Shown here: positions 56,124 through 64,000 of the stretch, in pieces
How the letters are laid out: each line of letters opens with the position of its first letter
Numbering within the stretch: the first letter of the stretch is position 1
Source: Verrucomicrobiota bacterium
GTDB lineage: Bacteria; Verrucomicrobiota; Verrucomicrobiia; Opitutales; UBA953
DNA length: 64,000 bases
Assembly (NCBI GenBank): GCA_003569205.1
Contig: BGOK01000005.1
Coordinates: 57,716 to 121,715, forward strand
Direction: 5' to 3'
Made by a program: the position numbers and the translations under genes
The notes under the pieces: generated by a model
Told to the model about the DNA's origin: nothing
The model's database searches: none
Seen by the model: the letters and a program-made list of their open reading frames with translations, nothing else

Positions 56124-56197
56124 TGGACGGAGAGGGACTCGAACCCACGACATTCTGCGTGTAAAGCAGACGCTCTAACCAACTGAGCTATCCATCC
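56124..56197 (-). tRNA. tRNA-Val (anticodon UAC), CCA not encoded
   Basis: Folded by hand: acceptor GGATGGA/TCCGTCC (one G-U pair), D arm GCTC/GAGC, anticodon arm TCTGC-TTTACAC-GCAGA, 5-nt variable loop, T arm GTGGG-TTCGAGT-CCCTC (one U-U mismatch), discriminator A followed by CCC. Confidence 0.85.
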
Positions 56198-56209
56198 GAT
56201 GGAGGGTTG

Positions 56210-56239
56210 GGTATAGGGAAGCCCCCCGCCTTTTGTCCA
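56210..56239 (-). promoter_or_regulatory. Sigma70-like promoter candidate for tRNA-Val (TGGACA-18 nt-TATACC)
   Basis: On the minus strand, TGGACA is at 56239-56234 and TATACC at 56215-56210. The -10 element ends 12 nt before tRNA position 1. Confidence 0.35.
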
Positions 56240-56297
56240 CTATGAAAACCGCCCCGATGCTTGCCCCTGGGGGCCGAAAGCCTTCATAATCGAAACC

Positions 56298-56534
56298 ATG
56301 GACCCCGTCCGCATCCAACGTATCCGCCAGGCCCTCGAGGCTCTGACTTCTCCGGGGGTCGGGAAAGAGGCCCTTTTGGAGTCATTAAAGGTGCTAGATA
56401 CCGAGGTTTCGCTGGCTAATTCTGGGCTGCCCGGCGACCTAGACCATTACCTACGCCGTCGTTCCTACGAGAAGGCCTTGGTCTTTTTAAACGGTGGCAC
56501 TCCGGGGGCCGGTACCTGCGGACGCGGTGCATGA
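56298..56534 (+). CDS. Small hypothetical protein (78 aa)
   Basis: Helical ORF whose stop overlaps the yciH start (ATGA). No motif recognised. Confidence 0.3.
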   Translation: MDPVRIQRIRQALEALTSPGVGKEALLESLKVLDTEVSLANSGLPGDLDHYLRRRSYEKALVFLNGGTPGAGTCGRGA

Positions 56535-56866
56535 ACGAGAATCCCTTCGAGAAGCTCGACCCGTCGGGCTTGCCGCCAGGACCTTCGCCTAAGCCGGTTG
56601 TGCCCGCCGCTAAGGCCAAACCGAAGCTTGGAAAAATTATTTTGCAATATGAGCGCACGGGACGCGGGGGCAAGGAAGTGACCATCCTCAAGGGGCTCTG
56701 GTTGGAGTCGCAGGAAAATCGAATGCGCGAGGCTTTACTGAAGGAGATGAAACGCGCGCTCGGCACCGGCGGCGCCCTCGAGGCCCGTGAGATCGTCCTG
56801 CAAGGCGACCGTCGCGAGACGGCCAAGGCTTGGCTCCTCAAGGAAGGTTTCACGACCAACCTGTGA
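56531..56866 (+). CDS. yciH: Translation initiation factor SUI1/eIF1 family (YciH)
   Basis: ...ILQYERTGRGGKEVTILKGL...LLKEMKRALGTGGALEAREIVLQGDRRE. Confidence 0.8.
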   Translation: MNENPFEKLDPSGLPPGPSPKPVVPAAKAKPKLGKIILQYERTGRGGKEVTILKGLWLESQENRMREALLKEMKRALGTGGALEAREIVLQGDRRETAKAWLLKEGFTTNL

Positions 56867-56913
56867 GTCCGAAAACCGCTCGCCTCCGCCGCCGCGCGCG
56901 GTAGGGTGGGGGC

Positions 56914-58311
56914 GTGTCCGCCGCCCAGCCCAACTTAATCGACCTGACCGGACCGCATGCGCCCGTCGCAGAGGTCTGCGCCTTACTGCGTGCCGCTGGC
57001 GGTCGGCCCTTACTCGTCGGCGGCTGCGTGCGCGATGCCCTCTTGGGTTTGCCCATCGGCGAAATCGATATCGAGGTCTTTGGCCTCGGCACGCGCCAAG
57101 TGGAGACCGCTTTGCGCCGTCGCTTTGGCATCGTGACGGTCGGAGCCGCTTTCGGCGTAACCAAAGTTAAAGACCATCCCATCGACGTCTCCGTCCCGCG
57201 TCGCGAAAACCGCACCGGGGCTAAGCACACGGATTTCGACGTCCAGGCCGACCCGACGATGACGCCGAAGGATGCGGCGGAACGGCGCGATTTCACCGTG
57301 AATGCCATCCTCTGGGATCCAGCGACTGGGGAGTTAATCGACCCTTGGGGCGGGGTCGCCGACCTACAGCAGAAAGTTTTTCGTCACGTCTCGGCGAAGT
57401 TTTCCGAAGACCCGCTGCGCGTGCTGCGGGCAATGCAGTTCGCCGCGCGCTTTGGCTTCGCGGTCGCACCCGAAACAATCGAACTGTGCCGCGGCCTAAA
57501 GCAGGAGGGCCTCCCGCCCGAACGCTTGATGGAAGAGTGGAAGAAGCTCTTACTGCGCGGCCGCCAGCCGTCCCGGGGGCTACGGTTCCTGCAGGATTGT
57601 GGCTGGCTTCGTTTCTATCCGGGACTGCAGGCCACCGTCGATGTGCCGCAGGACCCCGTCTGGCACCCCGAAGGCTGCGTGTGGACGCATACGTACCTGT
57701 GCTTGGACGCTTTCGCCGCTGAGCGCACCGGCAATGACGAGGAAGACCTCATCGTCGGCTTGGCCGTGCTCCTTCATGACTTGGGCAAAGCAACGACGAC
57801 CAAGAAGGAAGCAGACGATCGCTGGCATGCGTACGGCCATGAGGCCGCCAGTGTGCCCTTAGCCGAAGCTTTCCTCGCCCAGCTCACCCGCGAAGTGAAA
57901 TTAATCGAGTCCGTGCTACCGCTCGTCCGCTGGCACGCCCAGCCGCACGAACTCCATAAGGCGCAGGCCGGCGAGGGCGCCGTTCGCCGTTTGGCGAATA
58001 AGGTTGGACGAATCGACCGCCTCGTCCGCGTTGATTCCGCTGACCGTAAGGGCCGCAATCAGGAATGGCGTCACGAGCCTTCGCCGCAAGGCGTGTGGCT
58101 GCTGGCGATGGCCGCTAAACTTAATATCCAGGACTCGATGCCCAAACGCATCCTCTTGGGGCGACACCTCATCGCTTCTGGGTACAAGCCAGCTGGATGG
58201 TTCTCCGAGGTGCTTGATGAGGCTTTTGAGGCCCAAATGGATGGGGTGTTCATCGATGAGGCTACCGGCTTGGTCTGGCTCCAGGAACGCATGGCCCGCC
58301 GGGCTGTCTAA
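56914..58311 (+). CDS. cca: CCA-adding tRNA nucleotidyltransferase with HD domain
   Basis: LLVGGCVRDALLGLPIGEIDIEVFG, RRDFTVNA, and an HD region LLHDLGK. GTG start. Confidence 0.8.
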   Translation: MSAAQPNLIDLTGPHAPVAEVCALLRAAGGRPLLVGGCVRDALLGLPIGEIDIEVFGLGTRQVETALRRRFGIVTVGAAFGVTKVKDHPIDVSVPRRENRTGAKHTDFDVQADPTMTPKDAAERRDFTVNAILWDPATGELIDPWGGVADLQQKVFRHVSAKFSEDPLRVLRAMQFAARFGFAVAPETIELCRGLKQEGLPPERLMEEWKKLLLRGRQPSRGLRFLQDCGWLRFYPGLQATVDVPQDPVWHPEGCVWTHTYLCLDAFAAERTGNDEEDLIVGLAVLLHDLGKATTTKKEADDRWHAYGHEAASVPLAEAFLAQLTREVKLIESVLPLVRWHAQPHELHKAQAGEGAVRRLANKVGRIDRLVRVDSADRKGRNQEWRHEPSPQGVWLLAMAAKLNIQDSMPKRILLGRHLIASGYKPAGWFSEVLDEAFEAQMDGVFIDEATGLVWLQERMARRAV

Positions 58312-58317
58312 CGCTTT

Positions 58318-58791
58318 ATGGCAACTCCCACGCAAGGTCTTCCCGCGCTGCTAACGGCCCAAACCGATTGGAATGCCGTCCTCGCTCAGGTGCTCCAGAA
58401 CTTCGGCTGTGTCACGGGGACGATTCACCGCACGGATCCCACGACGGGTCTGCTAATGTTGATTGCGCACCATGGCATCCCCCCGCAGGTCCTGCCGATG
58501 CTGTTGCCCAAGATGGATAACATCCCGTTCGGTAAGGGTATCGCCGGCTGTGCCGCCCAGCGCAAGGAAGCGGTCCAACTATGTAACCTGCAGGAAGACC
58601 TCGGTGGCGTGGCGAAGCCGGATGCGCGTAAGACCAACGTCCAAGGCGCACTCGCCGTGCCGATTGTCACTCCCGAGGGGAAAGTGGTGGGCGTTCTCGG
58701 CATCGGGAAGCTGTCTCCCTACGAGTTTTCCGAAACGGAATCCGCGGAGCTCTCCGTATGTGCGGCCTTGCTACATGCGTCATTGGCCTAG
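58318..58791 (+). CDS. Stand-alone GAF-domain protein
   Basis: 157 aa; ...IPFGKGIAGCAAQRKEAVQLCNL...ALAVPIVTPEGKVVGVLGIG fits a GAF fold. Confidence 0.55.
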   Translation: MATPTQGLPALLTAQTDWNAVLAQVLQNFGCVTGTIHRTDPTTGLLMLIAHHGIPPQVLPMLLPKMDNIPFGKGIAGCAAQRKEAVQLCNLQEDLGGVAKPDARKTNVQGALAVPIVTPEGKVVGVLGIGKLSPYEFSETESAELSVCAALLHASLA

Positions 58792-58875
58792 GTGTAACGC
58801 CTTAGTTTTATTTAGGTAATAGACACCACTATAACGCGGTGGACGCTTGGGCAATGATTCCAAGGCTTGGCGAGT

Positions 58876-59742
58876 ATGAAACCGTTCATCCTGTTATTAT
58901 TCTCCGTCGTTCTCGCTCGGGCCGAACTTCTCCGTGGGCAAGTGGAGCTGGCTGGCCTCAAAGGAGCTATCACGGCGAAGTCGACCTTTGATCAAGTAAC
59001 CCGTCCCCTCACGGCGGGAGACGCCATTCGCGAGGATGACGAACTCGCAACCCCTAGCGATGGCGCCTGTGAGCTCATCTTTTCTAACGGCGTTAAGGTG
59101 CTCGTGGCGCCGGGTACCAAGCTGCGTCTATCCATGTTTCGTCAGGTCAAGATGCCGCTCCCTGGCCAACTTCGTGAGGCCGGTGAACTTCCCAACGATG
59201 GCTCGCTCATCGACTTGGTGCTCGGTGCTGGGCGGGTGACGGTCGTTTGTCCGCCCCTCCAAGCACGTTCGCAGGTTTCGGTGCGCACGCCGCAGGGTCG
59301 TTCCGATTTACGTCGTGAGGGCGTGTATGAATTGAGCTTCGAGCTTGCCTCTAGTGGAGAGTTGGTCGCGCAGACCTTGGTCTTGGCCGGGGCCTTAAAG
59401 TTCACGCCCGTTGGTAAGGGTAAGCCACTCAACGTGGAGGCAAATAATAAGCTCCTGATTACTTCAGATTTATCTACGCCAGCGCAAGTCGTGCTGGAGA
59501 AACTGAAGATGGAGTCGGGCGAAGTAGCCGTCCGCCTCAAAAGCGTGGTCTTCGATCCGTCGACGGATACTTTTCCGCCGTTGGACCCTAAGGATTTACC
59601 CATCGCTCCGCCCGCCCCGAGTGCCGGCGCATCGTTTACGAAACAGCCTTCGCCGTCTGCTTCCGAACTAACGATGCAAAAAGTGACCCAGGAGATACTC
59701 GATCGTCAGGCCCAGACGAATCCGTCGCCGACGGGTGGCTGA
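58876..59742 (+). CDS. Secreted FecR-domain-like protein
   Basis: Signal MKPFILLLFSVVLARA. AGDAIREDDELATPSDGACELIFSNGVKVLVAPGTKLRL...VSVRTPQGRSDLRREGVYEL resembles the FecR beta-sandwich. Confidence 0.45.
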   Translation: MKPFILLLFSVVLARAELLRGQVELAGLKGAITAKSTFDQVTRPLTAGDAIREDDELATPSDGACELIFSNGVKVLVAPGTKLRLSMFRQVKMPLPGQLREAGELPNDGSLIDLVLGAGRVTVVCPPLQARSQVSVRTPQGRSDLRREGVYELSFELASSGELVAQTLVLAGALKFTPVGKGKPLNVEANNKLLITSDLSTPAQVVLEKLKMESGEVAVRLKSVVFDPSTDTFPPLDPKDLPIAPPAPSAGASFTKQPSPSASELTMQKVTQEILDRQAQTNPSPTGG

Positions 59743-59744
59743 TT

Positions 59745-62648
59745 TCAGACTGGCTGGATGGCCTGTCCAGTGGGCGAAGCCTTGCAGCGCAGAAGGCCAG
59801 CCGGCTCGCCTTCGTAGACGAGCTGGCCACCCTTGGCGCCACCGACTGGTCCGAGTTCAAGCACCCAGTCGGCGGCCAGGATGACGTCCGCGTGGTGTTC
59901 GATCACGATAAGGGTCGCCCCGGCATCGCGTAGACGTTCGAGGAGTTTTAAGAGTTTGGCGATGTCGTCCCAGTGGAGTCCAGTCGTGGGTTCATCCAAG
60001 ACGTAGAGGCGTCCCGAGTGATCGCGTCGGGAGAGTTCCGAGGCCAACTTTAAGCGCTGCGCTTCGCCACCCGAGAGGGTGTTGGCGGCTTGGCCGAGCT
60101 TGAGGTAGCCGAGCCCGACTTCTTCCAAGGTACGAAGCTTTTCGGCTAAACGTGGCTGCGCTTTGAAGATTTCCACCGCCTCGGTGACGGTCAGGTGTAG
60201 GGCCTCTGCAATACTCAGTCCTTTGAAGCGCACTTCGAGGGTCTCGCGGTTGAAGCGTCGTCCCGCACAGCTCGGGCAATCGACGAACGTTTCCCCGAGG
60301 AACTGCATATCGAGGGCCACCGAGCCCTCGCCCGCGCAGGTTTCGCACCGTCCGCCCCGCACGTTGAAGCTGAACCGCCCGGGGCCATAACCGCGGACCT
60401 TCGCCAGCGGGAGCGCGGACCAGAGGTCGCGCAGTAGGTCCATGATACCCGTGAATGTGGCTGGGTTGGAGCGCGGGCTGCGACCAATGGGCTCCTGGTC
60501 GACGGCAGTGAAAGCGACAATCTTTTCGAGGCCTTCGATGCCGGCATGTCTTCCCGCCACCAGCTTAGCGCCATTGATTTTGCGCGCGGCCACGGCCGAA
60601 AGAATATCAATCGCCAAAGTGCTTTTGCCCGAACCCGAGACGCCGCAGACTGCCGTGAGATTACCGATGGGGAAGCGCGCGGTGATGTCCTGTAGATTAT
60701 TCTCCGTCGCCCCCTTGACGACGAGGTGGGTCTTGCTGACCGGCTTCTTCTTGATGAGTCCGGCCAACGTGGCACGTCCCGAAAGATAAGCACCGGTCCG
60801 CGACGTGGCGTGTTGGCGGCAGGCGTCGGGAGTGCCGGTGAAGATGACTTGGCCTCCTTGCACGCCCGCGCCCGGGCCCATCTCGACCAGATGATCGGCG
60901 GCGAGCATCATGTCTCGGTCGTGCTCAACGACGACGAGCGTGTTGCCGAGGTCGCGGAGGCTCTTGAGCGAGCCGATCAGTCGTCCGTGGTCCGACGGGT
61001 GTAGGCCAATGCTCGGTTCGTCTAAAACGTACGTGACGCCGACGAGCCCGAGCCCGAGTTGGGTGGCCAGGCGGACACGCTGCGCTTCGCCGCCGGAGAG
61101 AGAGCCGACCTCACGGTCGAGCGTCAGGTAAGTTAGCCCAGCTTCGTTCAGGAAGCGGAGTCGTTGCTCCAAGCCGCGCCGGGCCTCTTCCGCTGGCATC
61201 ACGGCCGGGTGGGTCGCCAAGGTTTTCGTGAAGGCTAACGCTTCCGGAATCGTGAGCGCCAAGAAGTCGGCCATGTTGAGGCTGGCGAGTCGCAGGGAGA
61301 GTGCGGCGGGCGCGAGGCGCTTCCCTTGGCAAACGCTACAGGTTGAGCCCGCTTGAAAATGCAGGAGTCGCTGACGGAGCGATTCACCTGTCGTGGTGCG
61401 GAAGGCCTGCTCGAGTTCAGCGAACATCCCATTCCAGAATGTGTCGACGGGCTTACGGCCTTTTACTGGCGGGAGTAAGTAGGTGCGCTTAGGGTCGCCA
61501 TGCAGTAGAATCGAACGCGTGGTGGCGGGTAGGTCCTTCCACGGTTTCTTTAGGTCGAAAGGAATCTGCTCGGACAGCGCACGGGTGATGGCGTTGCGGC
61601 GGATGAGGACCTTGCGTGTGCCGCATTTCCAGGGTTTGACGACCCCGTCATTGATAGAGAGTGACTCATCGAGAATCGCGAGGCCTTCTTGAAACCGTAG
61701 TTGCCGGCCGAGGCCGCCGCAATCGGGACAGGCGCCGCTCGGGTGATTATGTGAAAGTGCCCGTGGATTGAGGGCCTCGTAGGTCTCACCGCAATGTTCG
61801 CAGGCGAGATTGAGGGAGAGTGGGTGCTCCTGCCAAAGACCGCCGGCGGTTTCGGCCAAGACGAGCGCACGATGCCTGCCTTCGCGGAAGGCCAACTCCA
61901 AGGAGTCCGCCAAGCGGCTGCGCTGGTCTGGGCCCGCTACGATACGGTCGACGACGACTTCCAGCGTGAGGGTTTCGCGTCCCTTGAGCACGCCTTCCGC
62001 CTCTTCTAAGGTGACGACCTTGCCCTCGACGCGCAGGCGGGTGAAGCCTCGGCGCCCAAGGTCAGCAGCGGCTTCGAGCAGGACGGACGGCTTATCCTTG
62101 GCCACTGGTGCGATGACCATCAGCCGCGTGCCGGCGGCGATGGCTTCGAGGGACTTAAGGTTATCGTCGAGGGAGCGTCGGCGGACGGGGTGCCCATCCT
62201 TCAGGCAGGTGCGTTCCCCCGCCAGAATCCAGAGGGGCCGAGCATGGTCGGCGATTTCGGTGAGCGTTGCGACCGTCGAGCGCGGGTTGGTATTGCCACC
62301 CGTCCGTTGCGCGATGGCGACGACAGGAGAAAGCCCACGAATGAAGTCTACATCGGGGCGGGAGACCGATTCGAGGAGACCACGGGCTTTGGCAGAGAGA
62401 GATTCAAGGTATTGCCGCGAGCCCTCGGCATGTAGCGTATCGAATGCGAGTGAGGACTTACCTGAGCCGCTAACGCCGGTGATCACCGTCAGCTGATGAC
62501 GCGGAATGGTCAGTTCCACATCCTTGAGGTTGTGGGTGCGGGCGCCTTTGATGTGGATGGGTGAGCTCAGGGTAGGGGATAATGCCAAGCTTGCCCTCGG
62601 GGAGAAGCGTGAAGATGCGTTTCGTCCGTCCGTTAATAACTCGTCCAT
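59745..62648 (-). CDS. uvrA: Excinuclease ABC subunit A
   Basis: IKGARTHNLKDVELTIP...VITGVSGSGKSSLAFDTLHAEG, zinc modules CEHCG...CPDCGG and CETCAGEG...CPSCAG, two ABC signatures LSGGEAQR, 967 aa. Confidence 0.88.
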   Translation of the reverse strand: MDELLTDGRNASSRFSPRASLALSPTLSSPIHIKGARTHNLKDVELTIPRHQLTVITGVSGSGKSSLAFDTLHAEGSRQYLESLSAKARGLLESVSRPDVDFIRGLSPVVAIAQRTGGNTNPRSTVATLTEIADHARPLWILAGERTCLKDGHPVRRRSLDDNLKSLEAIAAGTRLMVIAPVAKDKPSVLLEAAADLGRRGFTRLRVEGKVVTLEEAEGVLKGRETLTLEVVVDRIVAGPDQRSRLADSLELAFREGRHRALVLAETAGGLWQEHPLSLNLACEHCGETYEALNPRALSHNHPSGACPDCGGLGRQLRFQEGLAILDESLSINDGVVKPWKCGTRKVLIRRNAITRALSEQIPFDLKKPWKDLPATTRSILLHGDPKRTYLLPPVKGRKPVDTFWNGMFAELEQAFRTTTGESLRQRLLHFQAGSTCSVCQGKRLAPAALSLRLASLNMADFLALTIPEALAFTKTLATHPAVMPAEEARRGLEQRLRFLNEAGLTYLTLDREVGSLSGGEAQRVRLATQLGLGLVGVTYVLDEPSIGLHPSDHGRLIGSLKSLRDLGNTLVVVEHDRDMMLAADHLVEMGPGAGVQGGQVIFTGTPDACRQHATSRTGAYLSGRATLAGLIKKKPVSKTHLVVKGATENNLQDITARFPIGNLTAVCGVSGSGKSTLAIDILSAVAARKINGAKLVAGRHAGIEGLEKIVAFTAVDQEPIGRSPRSNPATFTGIMDLLRDLWSALPLAKVRGYGPGRFSFNVRGGRCETCAGEGSVALDMQFLGETFVDCPSCAGRRFNRETLEVRFKGLSIAEALHLTVTEAVEIFKAQPRLAEKLRTLEEVGLGYLKLGQAANTLSGGEAQRLKLASELSRRDHSGRLYVLDEPTTGLHWDDIAKLLKLLERLRDAGATLIVIEHHADVILAADWVLELGPVGGAKGGQLVYEGEPAGLLRCKASPTGQAIQPV

Positions 62649-62690
62649 TTTCCCCTTTCCCCTCCGAAGGTGACCTGCCAGTCTACAGGC

Positions 62691-63470
62691 ATGCTGCGTT
62701 TGTTGTTGAGCTGGTGCTTATTGGGTCTGGTCGCCGTGCGCGCCGACCAAGAGGAGCCCCGGGTGCTTTTTCTAGGCGACAGCATCACCTACGACGGTCG
62801 GTGGGTGGTTCATGTTGAGTCGGCCATGCGTGCCCAGGGTGGCTTGGCCCGTATTCCGATTGTCAATATGGCCGTACCGAGCGAAACCGTCTCCGGCCTG
62901 TCCGAGCCTGGCCACGCCGGCGGAAGTTTCCTGCGCCCAGTCGTTCGTGAGCGCTTGGGTCGCGTGTTGGCTGCTTACAAGCCCACGCTCGTTGTGCTTT
63001 GTTATGGGATCAATGATGGGATCTTCCAGCCGCTCGACGAAGTGCGCTTCAAGGCCTATCGCGATGGCTTGACGAGCGTGCGTGCCGATTGCCTGAAAGC
63101 GGGCGCCAAGGTCGTGTTGTTGACGCCACCGCCTTACGGCGTCGATAAGCCTGCGGACACTGCTGCTTACGATGAAGTGATGGCGACGTATGCTTCGTGG
63201 CTGTTGCAGCAGCGTCGTTTTAATTGGCAAGTCGTCGACGTGCGTGCCCAAGTACTCGCGGCCATCGCCACAGCCAAGAAGACGGACGCGAAATTTATTT
63301 TCTCAAGGGATGGCGTTCATCCTGGTGACGAAGGCCATCTCATGCTGGCCCAAGCCACGTGGGAAGGCTTAGCGCCGATGATGAAGTGGAACCCACGAAC
63401 GGCTTTCGCCGACCCCATCAAGAGCAAGCCCCTAGCCCAAGTATGTTGCTCCTCCGGAACGCATGGTTGA
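62691..63470 (+). CDS. Exported SGNH/GDSL-family hydrolase
   Basis: Signal MLRLLLSWCLLGLVAVRA, block I VLFLGDSITYDG, block III GINDG, block V DGVHPGDEGH. Confidence 0.7.
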   Translation: MLRLLLSWCLLGLVAVRADQEEPRVLFLGDSITYDGRWVVHVESAMRAQGGLARIPIVNMAVPSETVSGLSEPGHAGGSFLRPVVRERLGRVLAAYKPTLVVLCYGINDGIFQPLDEVRFKAYRDGLTSVRADCLKAGAKVVLLTPPPYGVDKPADTAAYDEVMATYASWLLQQRRFNWQVVDVRAQVLAAIATAKKTDAKFIFSRDGVHPGDEGHLMLAQATWEGLAPMMKWNPRTAFADPIKSKPLAQVCCSSGTHG

Positions 63471-63616
63471 CCAAAACTGGACATAAACGGCCAGGCTTGC
63501 CCGAAGGTTTGCCCGTCGAACAGGCAGAAAGCAGGTCAAATGCCCTTATTTCAGAGTTTTTAAAGACTCCTTAGGCCCGATTCTGTCCCTGGGCGTATTA
63601 CCGAACAAACACCAGT

Positions 63617-63634
63617 CTGACACGAAACCGTAAC
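63617..63634 (+). promoter_or_regulatory. Pho-box-like direct repeat CTGACAC-gaaa-CCGTAAC upstream of pstS
   Basis: Two 7-mers at 11-nt periodicity, each matching 5/7 of the enterobacterial CTGTCAT/CTGTCAC half-site, 34-51 nt upstream of the pstS ATG. Weak. Confidence 0.2.
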
Positions 63635-63667
63635 AATCGTATGGGATGATGCTCGAGCACACCAACC

Positions 63668-64000
63668 ATGAATACATCCCTCAAGTCCCTCGCCCTTCTG
63701 GTCTTCGCTGCTTCGGCTGCTACTGCCCAGTCTGCTGCTCCTGCCGCTGATGCGGTCACCGTCGATGCCAAGCTGCCTGATTACGCCGTCACCTCTGGCG
63801 TCTCGGGTAACCTGAACGCCGTCGGCTCCGACACGCTCATCAATCTGATGACCTTCTGGGGTGAAGGTTTCAAGGCCCGCTACCCGAACGTCAACGCTCA
63901 GGTCGAAGGTAAGGGTTCGAGCACCGCTCCGGTCGCCTTGACCACTGGTGCCGCCAACGTTGGCCCGATGAGCCGCGAGATGAAGTCTTCCGAAGTCGCT
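63668..64000 (+). CDS. pstS: Phosphate ABC transporter substrate-binding protein PstS family (5' part, runs off window)
   Basis: ATG at 63668: MNTSLKSLALLVFAASAATAQ...GVSGNLNAVGSDTLINLMTFWGEGFKARYPNVNAQVEGKGSSTAPVALTTGAANVGPMSREMK. Confidence 0.75.
   Translation, partial: MNTSLKSLALLVFAASAATAQSAAPAADAVTVDAKLPDYAVTSGVSGNLNAVGSDTLINLMTFWGEGFKARYPNVNAQVEGKGSSTAPVALTTGAANVGPMSREMKSSEVA

Noticed and set aside
56124-56197. tRNA-Val might be a pseudo-tRNA because of a U-U mismatch in the T stem and no encoded CCA.
   Set aside because: All other stems, loop sizes and the conserved T-loop TTCGAGT are canonical. A single T-stem mismatch is tolerated, and a CCA-adding enzyme is encoded nearby.
59745-62648. 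UvrA as a divergent class-II paralogue lacking the UvrB-binding domain.
   Set aside because: The length (967 aa), both ABC modules, the zinc modules and the region corresponding to the UvrB-binding insertion are all present. There is only a ~30-aa N-terminal extension, which may be a start-codon issue.
63359-63574. 71-aa ORF in the spacer upstream of pstS.
   Set aside because: It overlaps the 3' end of the SGNH hydrolase gene in another frame, has no motif and has poor coding character. The region is better explained as the pstS regulatory spacer.

Overview
GC-rich bacterial chromosomal segment with strong GC3 bias and about 70 tightly packed genes. Many adjacent genes overlap by 4 bp (ATGA/GTGA). 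Several features fit a Verrucomicrobia/PVC-type, Opitutae-like genome, though this is inference, not a database hit: a prepilin-type N-terminal methylation-motif protein, an exported sulfatase, a Tat-signal GH109-like oxidoreductase, several TonB/ExbBD sets, and a lysine/alanine/proline-rich tail on Obg. Content is almost entirely housekeeping. It includes glgB, mntH, obg, typA, tsaE, rpmH-rnpA-yidD, recD2, surE, glnB, trpF-hemD-hemC, actP, ilvN-ilvC, cca, uvrA and pstS, plus one tRNA-Val(UAC). I saw no integrase, transposase, CRISPR array, toxin-antitoxin pair or recognisable defence island, so I cannot honestly name a clear novel multi-gene system. The most conspicuous property is technical or evolutionary. 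Seven recognisable genes are interrupted only by small indels, at short homopolymers wherever the junction can be resolved, and scpA alone is broken about six times within the first 1.5 kb. This points to assembly error or a low-coverage contig end rather than true decay, but it needs read-level checking. Second-look items include:
- an Obg GTPase with a ~95-aa histone-H1-like KAP-rich tail;
- tRNA-Val fused transcriptionally to ilvN-ilvC, with no ilvB;
- rpmH-rnpA-yidD followed by an LtaS-type transferase plus a PAP2 phosphatase instead of yidC;
- a small TonB-dependent receptor cluster with a His-rich TonB, a palindromic operator candidate and two unknown anchored helical proteins;
- several exact repeats or phased motifs in intergenic regions.
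All functional calls come from motif recognition by eye on the supplied translations; no searches were run.
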